Virus record (IMG/VR): IMGVR_UViG_3300037067_002168
Coordinates: 24,189 to 88,188 of that record
Source of the DNA: a virus
Taxonomy: Duplodnaviria > Caudoviricetes
Length of the DNA stretch: 64,000 bases
Direction: 5' to 3' (one strand)
Part shown: piece by piece, positions 53,543 to 63,019 of the stretch
Layout: every line of letters begins with the position of its first letter
Position numbering within the stretch: position 1 is the stretch's first letter
The notes under the pieces: generated by a model
Database searches by the model: none
What the model saw: only the letters and a program-made list of their open reading frames with translations
What the model was told of the DNA's origin: nothing
Program-made: the position numbers and the translations under genes

Positions 53543-54166
53543 ATGGCAAACGCCACGATGGAAAAACCAGAACGTACTGAGCAGATGATCCAGATCCAAC
53601 CGTTTACGGTGGAGGCCGATCACCACCGCAACTGCGATCTATTACTGCAGGCGATCCCCGGTTGCAAACTACGTAGTGCAGTAAATGCTAGCCGAACCGT
53701 GACTGACGCGAAGACAGGCGAGCCGCGTATTCCACAGGATCAGTCGGCCTACCTGGGTCAGCTGCCTCCGATCCCAGGTATGCAGATCACAGTCGATCCA
53801 GTGAAGTTGACTTACGAGGTTAAAGACCCACTCCACACGGACAAGGAGTTCTGCAGCCGCCTCAAGTCTGCTCTCAATCATATCGAGAACAACGCCTTCA
53901 AGATCAGCGGTGAATTGCGCGGCATCGCCCCGCAGCGAGGCACGTTGGACGTACATCGGATGAAGACGTTGGTACGAGAGATCAGTTGGATTGTTGAGTC
54001 AGGCGACGCGAAGGTAGTCAAGGGCGCTTTGCCTACTGCTGCAGAAATCGAGAAGATGCAAGGTAACTTCCTGCTGAATCCAGGCAGTACCGTACCGAAC
54101 AGTCAACCGCGATTCGAGAGGGATTTTCCCCAGTGGGTTGAAAAACTCCAAGCGATGGGTGGATAA
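53543..54166 (+). CDS. hypothetical virion-module protein
   Basis: 207-aa ORF after the capsid gene. Confidence 0.7.
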   Translation: MANATMEKPERTEQMIQIQPFTVEADHHRNCDLLLQAIPGCKLRSAVNASRTVTDAKTGEPRIPQDQSAYLGQLPPIPGMQITVDPVKLTYEVKDPLHTDKEFCSRLKSALNHIENNAFKISGELRGIAPQRGTLDVHRMKTLVREISWIVESGDAKVVKGALPTAAEIEKMQGNFLLNPGSTVPNSQPRFERDFPQWVEKLQAMGG

Positions 54167-54172
54167 CCGACG

Positions 54173-54634
54173 ATGGCTGGAATCTCACAAGCTACTGCAA
54201 ACGCTTACGCTCGTCGCGTCGTGCGAGCTGACACGGACCTTGCGAGATTCCAGTGGTTCATCCGTGAAGTCAGCGACAAGGTGTCGATGACGATGGAACA
54301 ACGAGTACGTATGGCGACGGCATATTTACTCAGCAAGGTAGTCAAGAACATCAGCGTGCCTGTCGTCAAGGCGACTCGTGTATCTACCAGAAAAGTCTAC
54401 GTCATAGAGAGAAGTAAACCAGGCGAGTTTCCGCGAGCAGACACGACTCAACTACTGAAAACGACTTTCAGTGACGTGAAGAAGCTGACTGCGGCAGTCA
54501 CCGAAGGATACGTTGGAACTACTCTCGACTACGGGTTGATACTGGAGACGAAGATGAATAGAAAGTTCTTGACTAGAACACTGCAAGAAGAGCAGGGTAC
54601 TATCCAGAGAATGCTTACGGGTCCGATCAAGTAA
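54173..54634 (+). CDS. HK97 gp10-like neck protein
   Basis: SKPGEFPRADT..YVGTTLDYGLILET..RKFL. Confidence 0.75.
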   Translation: MAGISQATANAYARRVVRADTDLARFQWFIREVSDKVSMTMEQRVRMATAYLLSKVVKNISVPVVKATRVSTRKVYVIERSKPGEFPRADTTQLLKTTFSDVKKLTAAVTEGYVGTTLDYGLILETKMNRKFLTRTLQEEQGTIQRMLTGPIK

Positions 54635-55134
54635 TGAGCATAGGCGCCGCTGATCTGATGTCTAGTTTGGCTACTGCTTGGGGTAGTAGCGGATTAGACG
54701 CTACGTTCAAGGCGTTATGGACTGATCCTACTGATACAGATTATGCAGTACTCAGCGACGCAGAGGCGGCACCTGATCAGCCGTTCCCCTACTGTGTAGC
54801 TGAATTCAGTAAGAGCGACACGAAGGAGCGAATGTCAGGTCATGGGATGACGAAGTGGGAGACACGCGACACGATGCTGACTTTGAACATACACGCGACG
54901 GAGATCGACGGCGATTCAAGATCAGCCAAGCAGATCGCGGCGAGTTTAGCTGAGAGCGTGATGGAGCAATTTGGTGGGCATCCTACCGTCTCACCGCGAT
55001 CTTCCTTGACCCTAGCGAATGGTGGAGTTGTACTTACCCAGTATCAGACAGACTACGGCGTTCGGACAGACGACGTGATGTACCAATGGATTATCTCTTA
55101 TCTGGTGCGCGCTGACGTACCGATAGCAATCTAG
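54634..55134 (+). CDS. tail terminator protein
   Basis: DQPFPYCV...LTLNIHA; position before the tail tube. Confidence 0.7.
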   Translation: MSIGAADLMSSLATAWGSSGLDATFKALWTDPTDTDYAVLSDAEAAPDQPFPYCVAEFSKSDTKERMSGHGMTKWETRDTMLTLNIHATEIDGDSRSAKQIAASLAESVMEQFGGHPTVSPRSSLTLANGGVVLTQYQTDYGVRTDDVMYQWIISYLVRADVPIAI

Positions 55135-55147
55135 GGAGAAGACGGTT

Positions 55148-56110
55148 ATGGCTACACGCTCGATGAGTAATCCAAAGATCAATCTTAAACTGTCTGGTAC
55201 GATCACCAATGCCCTGTCTGACGGCAGTAGCAGCTCTGTTACGCACCCCTACCTGAACTACTCGGTCAGTCTAACCGATGGAGTCAACGCCAGCCAGGCG
55301 AATCGCGGATGGCAATCAAAGAACCGAACGATCTTGTCTGGCGAGCAGGAGACGATTGACCTCTACGACTTCAACGGAGTAGACATCGGTGCTGGCGAGG
55401 GTCGTGACGGTGTTGGACAGATCATAACTCTCGAAGAGATCGTGGCGATTGCCATCACCAATGAGAATGCCGTAGCTGACGCGGGGCAACTTGAGATAAC
55501 TCCGGCTGACAGTGAGGGTTGGACACCAATCGGTAGTCATACAGCAGCGAACGGCGGCGCTTTGAAGGGGCAGGGGTCGCTGATCAAGATTCAGCTTGCC
55601 ACGGACGCCTTTGACGTTGGAGAAGTGAGTCACCGAATTACGTTTCGTGCCTACGGCGGCGACGTTGCTTATTCTCTATACCTACTGGGCCGCCATGATG
55701 ACGATGAGTCTAGCTCTAGCAGTTCTAGCGTGTCTACCAGCAGCCAGTCGTCCAGCTCTCAGAGCAGTCTGTCTAGCAGCGGATCATCTAGTTCTAGCAG
55801 CAGTAGTAGCCTGAGTAGTTCTAGCAGCACGTCGAGTGTCAGCAGCGCGTCGAGCAATAGTTCATCCAGCAGTAGCGTCTCAACAAGCAGCATCTCAACT
55901 AGCTCTAGCAGCATTTCTACCAGCTCAGTTAGCTCTGCTAGTTCTGAGAGTAGTTCTAGCAGTTCTTCCAGTAGCAACTCCTCTAGCAGCAGTTCTACCA
56001 GCAGCAGTTCTACCAGTAGTGCTAGCTCGACTAGCAGTGCATCGAGCATTTCTACGAGCAGCAGTTCGTCCAGTCATAGTAGTTCTAGTCTGTCTTCAGA
56101 AAGCACGTAA
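55148..56110 (+). CDS. poly-serine protein 2 (187-aa beta domain + 133-aa Ser tract)
   Basis: Tract 55709-56107; in the tail operon. Confidence 0.85.
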   Translation: MATRSMSNPKINLKLSGTITNALSDGSSSSVTHPYLNYSVSLTDGVNASQANRGWQSKNRTILSGEQETIDLYDFNGVDIGAGEGRDGVGQIITLEEIVAIAITNENAVADAGQLEITPADSEGWTPIGSHTAANGGALKGQGSLIKIQLATDAFDVGEVSHRITFRAYGGDVAYSLYLLGRHDDDESSSSSSSVSTSSQSSSSQSSLSSSGSSSSSSSSSLSSSSSTSSVSSASSNSSSSSSVSTSSISTSSSSISTSSVSSASSESSSSSSSSSNSSSSSSTSSSSTSSASSTSSASSISTSSSSSSHSSSSLSSEST

Positions 56111-56142
56111 CCGTCAAACTGTTTGGATAGGAGTCATTAATT

Positions 56143-56589
56143 ATGAGTTCAGAAAACACGCGCACTGGGCGTAACGGCAAATTCGTTGTTGACACCTCTC
56201 TCGTAGCCCGCACGACGCAGTGGGCCGTCAGCCAGAAGTTGGCTAGCACGGCTGAGTGGGGTGACTCCGATAGCGGTGGGTACACCAACCGTGCCGCCGG
56301 CCGTAAGGATGCTACGTTCACGGCAGAAGGTAAGTACCAGTCGGATGATGAGATTTACGATCTATTCCAGCCAGGCGACATCTGCATCGGAGTATTGTGG
56401 CTTAGTTACGTCGCCTCGCCGTCAGAATCACTCTATTGGGACTTCCCACGGGCATTGAACAGTGACTTCAACCTGACAGTCAACATCGACACAGAAGAAG
56501 TCGTCGGGTGGACGAGCTCGTGGGGCGCTGACGGACTATTCTACTACCCAGGACAATCTGGCGCAACTTCACGAAGTATGCCGAGCTAA
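56143..56589 (+). CDS. major tail tube protein
   Basis: 148-aa beta protein before the chaperones; KDATFTAEG, VVGWTSSWGADG. Confidence 0.75.
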   Translation: MSSENTRTGRNGKFVVDTSLVARTTQWAVSQKLASTAEWGDSDSGGYTNRAAGRKDATFTAEGKYQSDDEIYDLFQPGDICIGVLWLSYVASPSESLYWDFPRALNSDFNLTVNIDTEEVVGWTSSWGADGLFYYPGQSGATSRSMPS

Positions 56590-56625
56590 CGACTGACTTG
56601 GTTATACGAGAATTGTAATAGAACG

Positions 56626-56850
56626 ATGATTCAACCAAACGAGATAAACACGATAACGCGGGTCGAGCATCATCTGCTTGCCTCGTGCCCGTGTCAAGAT
56701 TGTACATTAGAGCGCGAACGTAGGAAAACCAGGGCACCCGCCAACACTCACGTCAAACGACTCTCCGTCGAAACAGCCTATCTTCTGGGCTTCATTACCC
56801 GTCTGAGTCCTGGTGGTTCTTTCGCTCGCAGTTTATCAGTTAAACACTAG
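56626..56850 (+). CDS. hypothetical protein
   Basis: 74 aa with CPCQDC. Confidence 0.45.
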   Translation: MIQPNEINTITRVEHHLLASCPCQDCTLERERRKTRAPANTHVKRLSVETAYLLGFITRLSPGGSFARSLSVKH

Positions 56851-56944
56851 GAGTAACTAACTTAAAACACTAACGTAGGCCCCTAGCCGCCTGCGTAGAG
56901 CGTCTACAATGGCTAGGCGGGTAAAAACACACGGGAGAATTAGC

Positions 56945-57592
56945 ATGGCGGACGACGTTGCGAGAGCGGTAGGCGCTGGTAGCCCGGCATTCACGGTGAA
57001 CATCGGCGGTAGGGAATGTACCCCCCGCCCATTAGGTATTCGAGAACTGACGGAGGTAGAACGAGACTGTCTGGAACGGTATAAGCGCAGTTATCTTGAG
57101 ACCTTCAGCAAGAATCTGGACCTCGTGCCAGAAGATCGGCGCGATGCACTGCTGGAGAAGAAGATGGACGAGGTTGCCCGATGGGACATCGACAGTCTAC
57201 CGACGAAGATGGCCTACTCCTCGAAGGGCATCATCCTAAGCGATTCTTTGCGTATCTGGCTAGCCGAGCATTGGGCCATCACGGAAGACCAAAAGGTTGA
57301 CGACATTCGACTTTGTCGGCTGGCGGCTGCTTCTATGGACCAAGAGTCGTTGTCTCCTGAAGAGTACAAAAGGATGACTGGCAGTAAGCCGCCCCAGTAC
57401 CGGGTGCCCTACGTTCACTGGTGGATCACAGGCAACTATGATGGCATGATAACCTTGATCTGGATCTGCTTTAGTGCAAACGGAGTCACTCGTGAGCAGA
57501 TCGTTGATTCGGTTGGTAAGGACGCTAAGACACTGAATGAAACGGCACGCGAAGTTGAAAAACTCAGTGCGCCGCAGTCGGGAAATGGGTAG
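56945..57592 (+). CDS. tail assembly chaperone (gpG-like)
   Basis: Between tail tube and tape measure; ends at a slippery site. Confidence 0.8.
   Translation: MADDVARAVGAGSPAFTVNIGGRECTPRPLGIRELTEVERDCLERYKRSYLETFSKNLDLVPEDRRDALLEKKMDEVARWDIDSLPTKMAYSSKGIILSDSLRIWLAEHWAITEDQKVDDIRLCRLAAASMDQESLSPEEYKRMTGSKPPQYRVPYVHWWITGNYDGMITLIWICFSANGVTREQIVDSVGKDAKTLNETAREVEKLSAPQSGNG
57580..57586 (+). other. -1 programmed frameshift site G GGA AAT
   Basis: XXXYYYZ heptamer in the correct phase; the -1 frame is open into the 57631-58020 ORF. Confidence 0.85.
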
Positions 57593-58020
57593 GGCTTGCC
57601 TCGACAGGGCGAAACGACGACAAGCCAGGTGTGGAAGAAGAATCGCCACGGGGTGGATTACTGTACGGAATCGGATGCTGGCACATACGTGTGCTCTGCG
57701 ATAATCCGAACGACGGCGGAGCCGGATTCACCCCAGAAGAAGTTGGTCGGATGACCCTGGATCAGGTGATGATGCGTATGACTGACCGATCGATACTTCT
57801 GAATCGCACGGAACGTACACATCCAGATAACCTGGTAGCCAGAGCTGACCCTCAGAGACAGATGCGGGGCATCGACGGTGATGGAAAACCAATCAAGGCC
57901 CGTATCGCTGGTAAGTCCAAGGCGAGGCAGTTGATGGAGGCTGCGGCGGCCCGTAAGAAATTAGAGGCGGACAAGCAGCCACCAAAGTTATCTCCCAGAG
58001 AACAGAAATTGTTGAAATGA
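57580..58020 (+). CDS. gpGT-like frameshift extension of the tail chaperone
   Basis: Stop-free -1 frame from 57580 to 58020. Confidence 0.75.
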   Translation, partial: GKWVGLASTGRNDDKPGVEEESPRGGLLYGIGCWHIRVLCDNPNDGGAGFTPEEVGRMTLDQVMMRMTDRSILLNRTERTHPDNLVARADPQRQMRGIDGDGKPIKARIAGKSKARQLMEAAAARKKLEADKQPPKLSPREQKLLK

Positions 58021-58053
58021 CATAGTTGATCTACGCTAAAGTTGCGGAGGTGC

Positions 58054-60180
58054 ATGATTGGCATCGAACTAGCACGAGCGATGGTGACTGTAAGGGGAGA
58101 TGTCAGCCGTCTCCCCTCCGACCTGAATGCAGCGCGCCCAGGCGTGGAGTCAGCGATGGGCAGCATGCTGGCGTCTGTGACTAGCCTGCGTGGGGCTATC
58201 ATGGGATTAGCTGGAGCAGGTGCCGCGTTAGGGGCGCTGCGCAAGGCAGGTCAATTTGAGCAGACGACGATCGCGTTCGACACGATGCTGGGCAGCGCTC
58301 AGGAGACGAAGAAGACGCTGTCGGCGCTGACCGAGTTCGCCGCTAAGACGCCGTTCGAGATGCCCGAGATTCTGCAGGCTGCCAGGGGTCTGATCCAGTT
58401 CGGCGAACGCGGCGACGATCTGATGCAGACGCTCAACATGCTAGGCAACGCTGCCTCTGGGACAAGCACTGATTTTGGCATGATCGCCATGATCTTCAAC
58501 CAGATTCGCGGTGTGGGAAAACTACTGACCCAAGACTTCCGGCAGCTATCGACTCGCGGCGTGATGAGCCTGGCAGACATCGCAAAATACTACGGAGTAA
58601 CGACCGAGGCAGCTCAGAAGATGCTGAGTCAGGGTCAGATTAGCTTTGAGGACCTGCGTAAGATACTCGCCAGTCTCAGCGGCGAAGGGGGCCGATTTGC
58701 CAACTTGATGGAGAAGCAGTCTCAGTCTCTTTTGGGTCTATGGTCTACTCTTAAAGATGCTATGGGTATTACGGCTAGGACGATCGGTGAAGTTCTTGTA
58801 CCGACTGCGAAAGACCTAGTTGCAGTAACGATCCAGGGGGTCGAGGTAGTACGCAATTTTGTCACTGAGCATAAGTACCTAGTTGAGGCTGTGACAAAGG
58901 TCGCTGAAGCCTACGTTGCGCTGAAGATAGCAATATGGGGAGCACAAACTGCTACAAAGGCATATCTAGCCCTGAAGACTGTCGGCGTAGCCACTGGGGT
59001 TATTAGCGGAGCAGCCGCCGGGGGAGCAGCGACCGTAGGTGGAGCGGCAATAGCTGGCGCGGCAACAACCGGGGCAGCGGCTGGTACTACGGCGGGTATC
59101 GGTCTAACTGCGGCTACCGGTATCGGGGCTGTCGCGGTAGGCATTGCAGCGGTTAGCTATGAGATATATGACCTTTGGAAAAGTAGCAGGCAGCTAGAAG
59201 ATGAGATAGCAAAAAGCGCTCAACTTGACGTAGAAATCGCCAAGGTGATTGCAAAAGAAAAAGAGCAGGCCAACGCCGTAAGTGAGAAACAGCAGGCAAT
59301 TTTAGACGAAGAGATAGCCAAGAAAAAGAAGATAACTGATCTGAGCGCACAAGTTTGGGCCGCCAATAAAAACAACAAGATGCAGGAGGATATATGGGAC
59401 ATCGTGCATAATTGGGGTTTAGTCGGTGACGAATTGAATCGAGTGATTGGACTACGCCGTGAGTTACAATTTGTCGAGGATCAGAAACCAATCAATAATC
59501 TTGCCTTTGAGGTTCAGGCGTTAGCCGAACAGTGGTCTGAGGCAAGAAAAGAGTTAGAGAAATACAAACGGGAACATCCAAACGCTGGTGTGCCCCAGGT
59601 TAGGGAGTTTGGGCGAGTTATTGCAGAGAAGGGCCAAGAAGAGGCGGCAAAGTCGATCCGCGAGCAACGTAACGAATTGTACATGCTAGAAGAGCAGTAC
59701 ACAGAGGTAGATAAGGCAGTCGAGCAGTGGGCTAGGCAACACGAAGGTGCTACAGAGCAGCAGATAGCTGATGTACGGGCAATCAAGCAAGAAGAAGCCG
59801 ATCTGAAAGAGTTTGACAAGAAGCAAGAGGAGATAAAAAGTCGAGCAAAGCAACGAACGGAGGCGACTCAGACGCCGCAAGAAAAGTACGTTGAGGAGTT
59901 GAATAAGATCAAGGAAGAACTTCAGGGTGGATTTATCTCTCCAGAAGTAGCCGAACGATCTACCAAAGAAGCGGCAAAGCAGCGACGCGAGGGGATGAAC
60001 AAGGATCGAGTAACTGGGGCAATTGGTATTGTAGACTACGGCAAGCAGATACAGAACATGATCTTGAAGGGCGGTCCAGAAGCGGTACAAGAAAAACAGT
60101 TAGGACAGCTGACGATGATCGAGAAAGACATGAAAGCCCTGCTCGAAGAGACGAAGAAAAAGCTGGGGGTATTGAAATGA
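58054..60180 (+). CDS. tape measure protein
   Basis: FEQTTIAFDTMLGS..FAAKTPFEM tape-measure domain, Ala/Gly-rich stretch and coiled coil. Confidence 0.92.
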   Translation: MIGIELARAMVTVRGDVSRLPSDLNAARPGVESAMGSMLASVTSLRGAIMGLAGAGAALGALRKAGQFEQTTIAFDTMLGSAQETKKTLSALTEFAAKTPFEMPEILQAARGLIQFGERGDDLMQTLNMLGNAASGTSTDFGMIAMIFNQIRGVGKLLTQDFRQLSTRGVMSLADIAKYYGVTTEAAQKMLSQGQISFEDLRKILASLSGEGGRFANLMEKQSQSLLGLWSTLKDAMGITARTIGEVLVPTAKDLVAVTIQGVEVVRNFVTEHKYLVEAVTKVAEAYVALKIAIWGAQTATKAYLALKTVGVATGVISGAAAGGAATVGGAAIAGAATTGAAAGTTAGIGLTAATGIGAVAVGIAAVSYEIYDLWKSSRQLEDEIAKSAQLDVEIAKVIAKEKEQANAVSEKQQAILDEEIAKKKKITDLSAQVWAANKNNKMQEDIWDIVHNWGLVGDELNRVIGLRRELQFVEDQKPINNLAFEVQALAEQWSEARKELEKYKREHPNAGVPQVREFGRVIAEKGQEEAAKSIREQRNELYMLEEQYTEVDKAVEQWARQHEGATEQQIADVRAIKQEEADLKEFDKKQEEIKSRAKQRTEATQTPQEKYVEELNKIKEELQGGFISPEVAERSTKEAAKQRREGMNKDRVTGAIGIVDYGKQIQNMILKGGPEAVQEKQLGQLTMIEKDMKALLEETKKKLGVLK

Positions 60181-61157
60181 GCATCTACGTCGATCCTAAC
60201 ACCTGGTCTCTCAAAACGGCGGGTGGGATACCCTATTGTCGCAAGGAGGGATACCCCAAGGGAAAAGTCGGTCAAGACTTGTCTCTCACGGAAGAGATTA
60301 TCATACGGGAATCTGATCTGGCGGCGTTTGTCTCTGAGGCGAACCCGACCGTATCATTTACCGGCAGTAGCTTTACAGTCACGCCAGGACGATGCTGCCC
60401 AGGATTTTCAAATACGACGGTTCAGGAAATTGAATTTTCTCCGTTTGAGCCAAACAAAGTATGGATGGTTGAACGAACAGATCCAGAATATACAAACTGG
60501 AGCCCAGTAGCAGACAACAAATACTGCCACTTTCTTAATCTAACCATCTCCTACAAGAGTTTGACAGGCGGCGACGGGTCAGGGCAGACAGTAGAAGACT
60601 ACTTAGAGCTGTCGGCAGAGTCGGGTGGCGAGTTTTTACAGATGTCGTCTGCTACCGGGGCAAAGTTCGTAGCGTCTATTGCCCACGTGGATCCAGCAGG
60701 AGGAACGGTAGAAGTAAACGCTCAAGAAACCCCTTACGACATGAGTACGCTGCCATCGGCAAAGTTCGTACCTACGACGGAATGGACAGTCACTTTTCCG
60801 AAGTTTCCCTATAATCAGTTACCCAACTTGATGACGAACTATCGCCAGAAACTAGGTACAGTAAATAGCACGTATATGCCGTTGTTAGGTAATGCTCCGA
60901 CGGGTACGATCTTGTTTACTAGTTTATCGGCCAGAGCAACATTCCAGTATGGTCCTGACGGGTGGACGCAGATGGCAACCGTATCACTGAAGTTCTCAGA
61001 AAAGTGCATCACGGCTTACATGGATCAATCGTTGTCTCTGGGTCAATACAAGGGGCATAACTACTTCTTCCGACCTGAGACGAACACGTTTGACCTGCTA
61101 CTGATCAATGGATCTGAGGTGTATGGTTCTAGCAATCTGTCGAGTTTGTATTCTTGA
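60177..61157 (+). CDS. distal tail/baseplate protein (putative)
   Basis: ATGA-coupled to the tape measure gene. Confidence 0.6.
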   Translation: MSIYVDPNTWSLKTAGGIPYCRKEGYPKGKVGQDLSLTEEIIIRESDLAAFVSEANPTVSFTGSSFTVTPGRCCPGFSNTTVQEIEFSPFEPNKVWMVERTDPEYTNWSPVADNKYCHFLNLTISYKSLTGGDGSGQTVEDYLELSAESGGEFLQMSSATGAKFVASIAHVDPAGGTVEVNAQETPYDMSTLPSAKFVPTTEWTVTFPKFPYNQLPNLMTNYRQKLGTVNSTYMPLLGNAPTGTILFTSLSARATFQYGPDGWTQMATVSLKFSEKCITAYMDQSLSLGQYKGHNYFFRPETNTFDLLLINGSEVYGSSNLSSLYS

Positions 61158-61176
61158 TTAAAATCAGATTGCTTAC

Positions 61177-61194
61177 TATATATATATATATATA
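61177..61194. repeat. (TA)9 microsatellite
   Basis: Direct reading of the intergenic sequence. Confidence 0.95.
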
Positions 61195-61322
61195 CAAACA
61201 GACTACCCCAACTTAATTATAATCTATTTTAGGTTTGGGTAGAATGGCACCGACATAAGAGGTAGTCGAAAGTTTCGACCGACGTTTTTACTATAGAGCT
61301 AAGTAATTAACTGAGACGACCG

Positions 61323-62324
61323 ATGGCAGACCTAGTAGATAAAAAACCCGGAGACGACCTTTATGCCGAGGAGGTCAGTCGGGTATTTCGAGGCACCAAG
61401 GTCGTTGAAGGATTATTTGCCAGCGGTGGAACTGGATCGAACGTCGGTGGTAAGATTCATGCGACGCAGAATCGACCCTATCAACTTCAGATCATCGAGA
61501 TCGTGGAACAAGTTGAATACCAAGGCGATCCAGTACCAGACCTCTACTTAGGCGTCTTACGTTTTTATAAGGCAGGCACCACGGTACTCAACGACGACTG
61601 GGTATCGGCCGATCCAGAAGGTACTATAAAATGGCTTGTGGATACCCTAGGAACAGACGCCAAAGTCAGCGTCGGTGACAGACTATCTGCCTGGTGGCAC
61701 CCAATACGTGCCGCGTTTATTCCAGTAAGCAAATCTCCCACCGTCTTTGAGCTGAAGACTTCTCTTTCCCCCACTACGAACACGGCTGACGCCTGGCCTG
61801 TTAATTGGGACAGGGACACGGAGGAGTGGGCGACGGATTACAACGCTTCGACGTTCACGGTGGAAGATTCCACAAAGAGCATCCGTGCGTTGGGCAAGGA
61901 CGATACGGGCTCGGCGGCCGGTGCTTGCGGCTGGGGCATGATGGGGGCCAGCGGGAATGTGCTGATCGCGGAAGTGCAGCGGCAGGCCAAAATGTGTATG
62001 GCTTCGGCTAAGGGTGTGTCTTCAGGATTGGTGGATGCAGTGTCGGCTATGGATGATGGGCAGGTTCCAAAACTGTCAGAGGATGATGACCTTGCTGTTG
62101 AAAACCCTCTTGGTTGGTATGTCAAAGACGATGCTACCTGCGTTATCTCTCAAAACGGCGACGATTGGATTATTCTGGCGGTTGGTGTTGAATCGCAAGC
62201 AGTCGAAACCGCTGAGCGTGTAAATGGCGTCGATCTACAGCACAAGACCCGTACTTTACGTGCCAATATGGTAAGTGATGAATCCGGGTGGGAAACATGG
62301 CACACCGGCGGCAGTTGCGAATAA
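61323..62324 (+). CDS. putative tail protein
   Basis: 333-aa ORF in the tail-tip region. Confidence 0.6.
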   Translation: MADLVDKKPGDDLYAEEVSRVFRGTKVVEGLFASGGTGSNVGGKIHATQNRPYQLQIIEIVEQVEYQGDPVPDLYLGVLRFYKAGTTVLNDDWVSADPEGTIKWLVDTLGTDAKVSVGDRLSAWWHPIRAAFIPVSKSPTVFELKTSLSPTTNTADAWPVNWDRDTEEWATDYNASTFTVEDSTKSIRALGKDDTGSAAGACGWGMMGASGNVLIAEVQRQAKMCMASAKGVSSGLVDAVSAMDDGQVPKLSEDDDLAVENPLGWYVKDDATCVISQNGDDWIILAVGVESQAVETAERVNGVDLQHKTRTLRANMVSDESGWETWHTGGSCE

Positions 62325-63019
62325 TGTTCAAACGCAAGTACAAAACACGAAAGTCTGGGCTACTCGTAAAGGAGGATAAACCTGTCCTTGCTGGTTGCGA
62401 ACCATGCGGCACGCGAACCAACAGGCCGTGGTGGTGCAACATCTTTACTCCGTTGACGCGGGAGGCTGTACAGTTCCACAATGGCAAGATTCTTTTCAAG
62501 GATGGAAAGATTGCGATGGACCCAAACTGCTGCTGTAGTAGTTCGAGTAGTTCGAGTAGTTCGAGCGGTTCGAGCGGTTCGAGCGGTTCGAGTTTGAGCG
62601 GATCCCCGGCAATTACATGTTCATTTTGTGATGGTGAAGTACAAAGCAGTTACTTAATAGAGTTTTACGGCATTGAAAATCCGTATCCTTGCTCCACTTG
62701 TGGCAATGCTTTGAATGATCTGGCGATCAGGATTTATCAAACATCTGGCTGTAGTTGGAGTGGAGAATCAGCGATAAGTTGTGTGGATGCCAAATTCTGC
62801 CAAGCAGCATTAGGAGTTGTGGTCAATTTGACGTTGGATTCTGGCTATCCTAGTAGTCTTGGACGTATGCTTTTTTCTTTGGGTATTATAGCAGTTGGTG
62901 CAACCGGAGAAGGGATTTTTGAACTGATACCAATCCACGAATGTTCGGAAATAATTGGCACTTTCAATAACAACAATCATGGCGACTATTTACAAAACGG
63001 AACATTTACTATTTCGTAA
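62324..63019 (+). CDS. Cys-rich protein with a Ser/Gly linker
   Basis: [21 protein letters not shown] encoded by 9-bp repeats at 62537-62590. Confidence 0.65.
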   Translation: MFKRKYKTRKSGLLVKEDKPVLAGCEPCGTRTNRPWWCNIFTPLTREAVQFHNGKILFKDGKIAMDPNCCCSSSSSSSSSSGSSGSSGSSLSGSPAITCSFCDGEVQSSYLIEFYGIENPYPCSTCGNALNDLAIRIYQTSGCSWSGESAISCVDAKFCQAALGVVVNLTLDSGYPSSLGRMLFSLGIIAVGATGEGIFELIPIHECSEIIGTFNNNNHGDYLQNGTFTIS

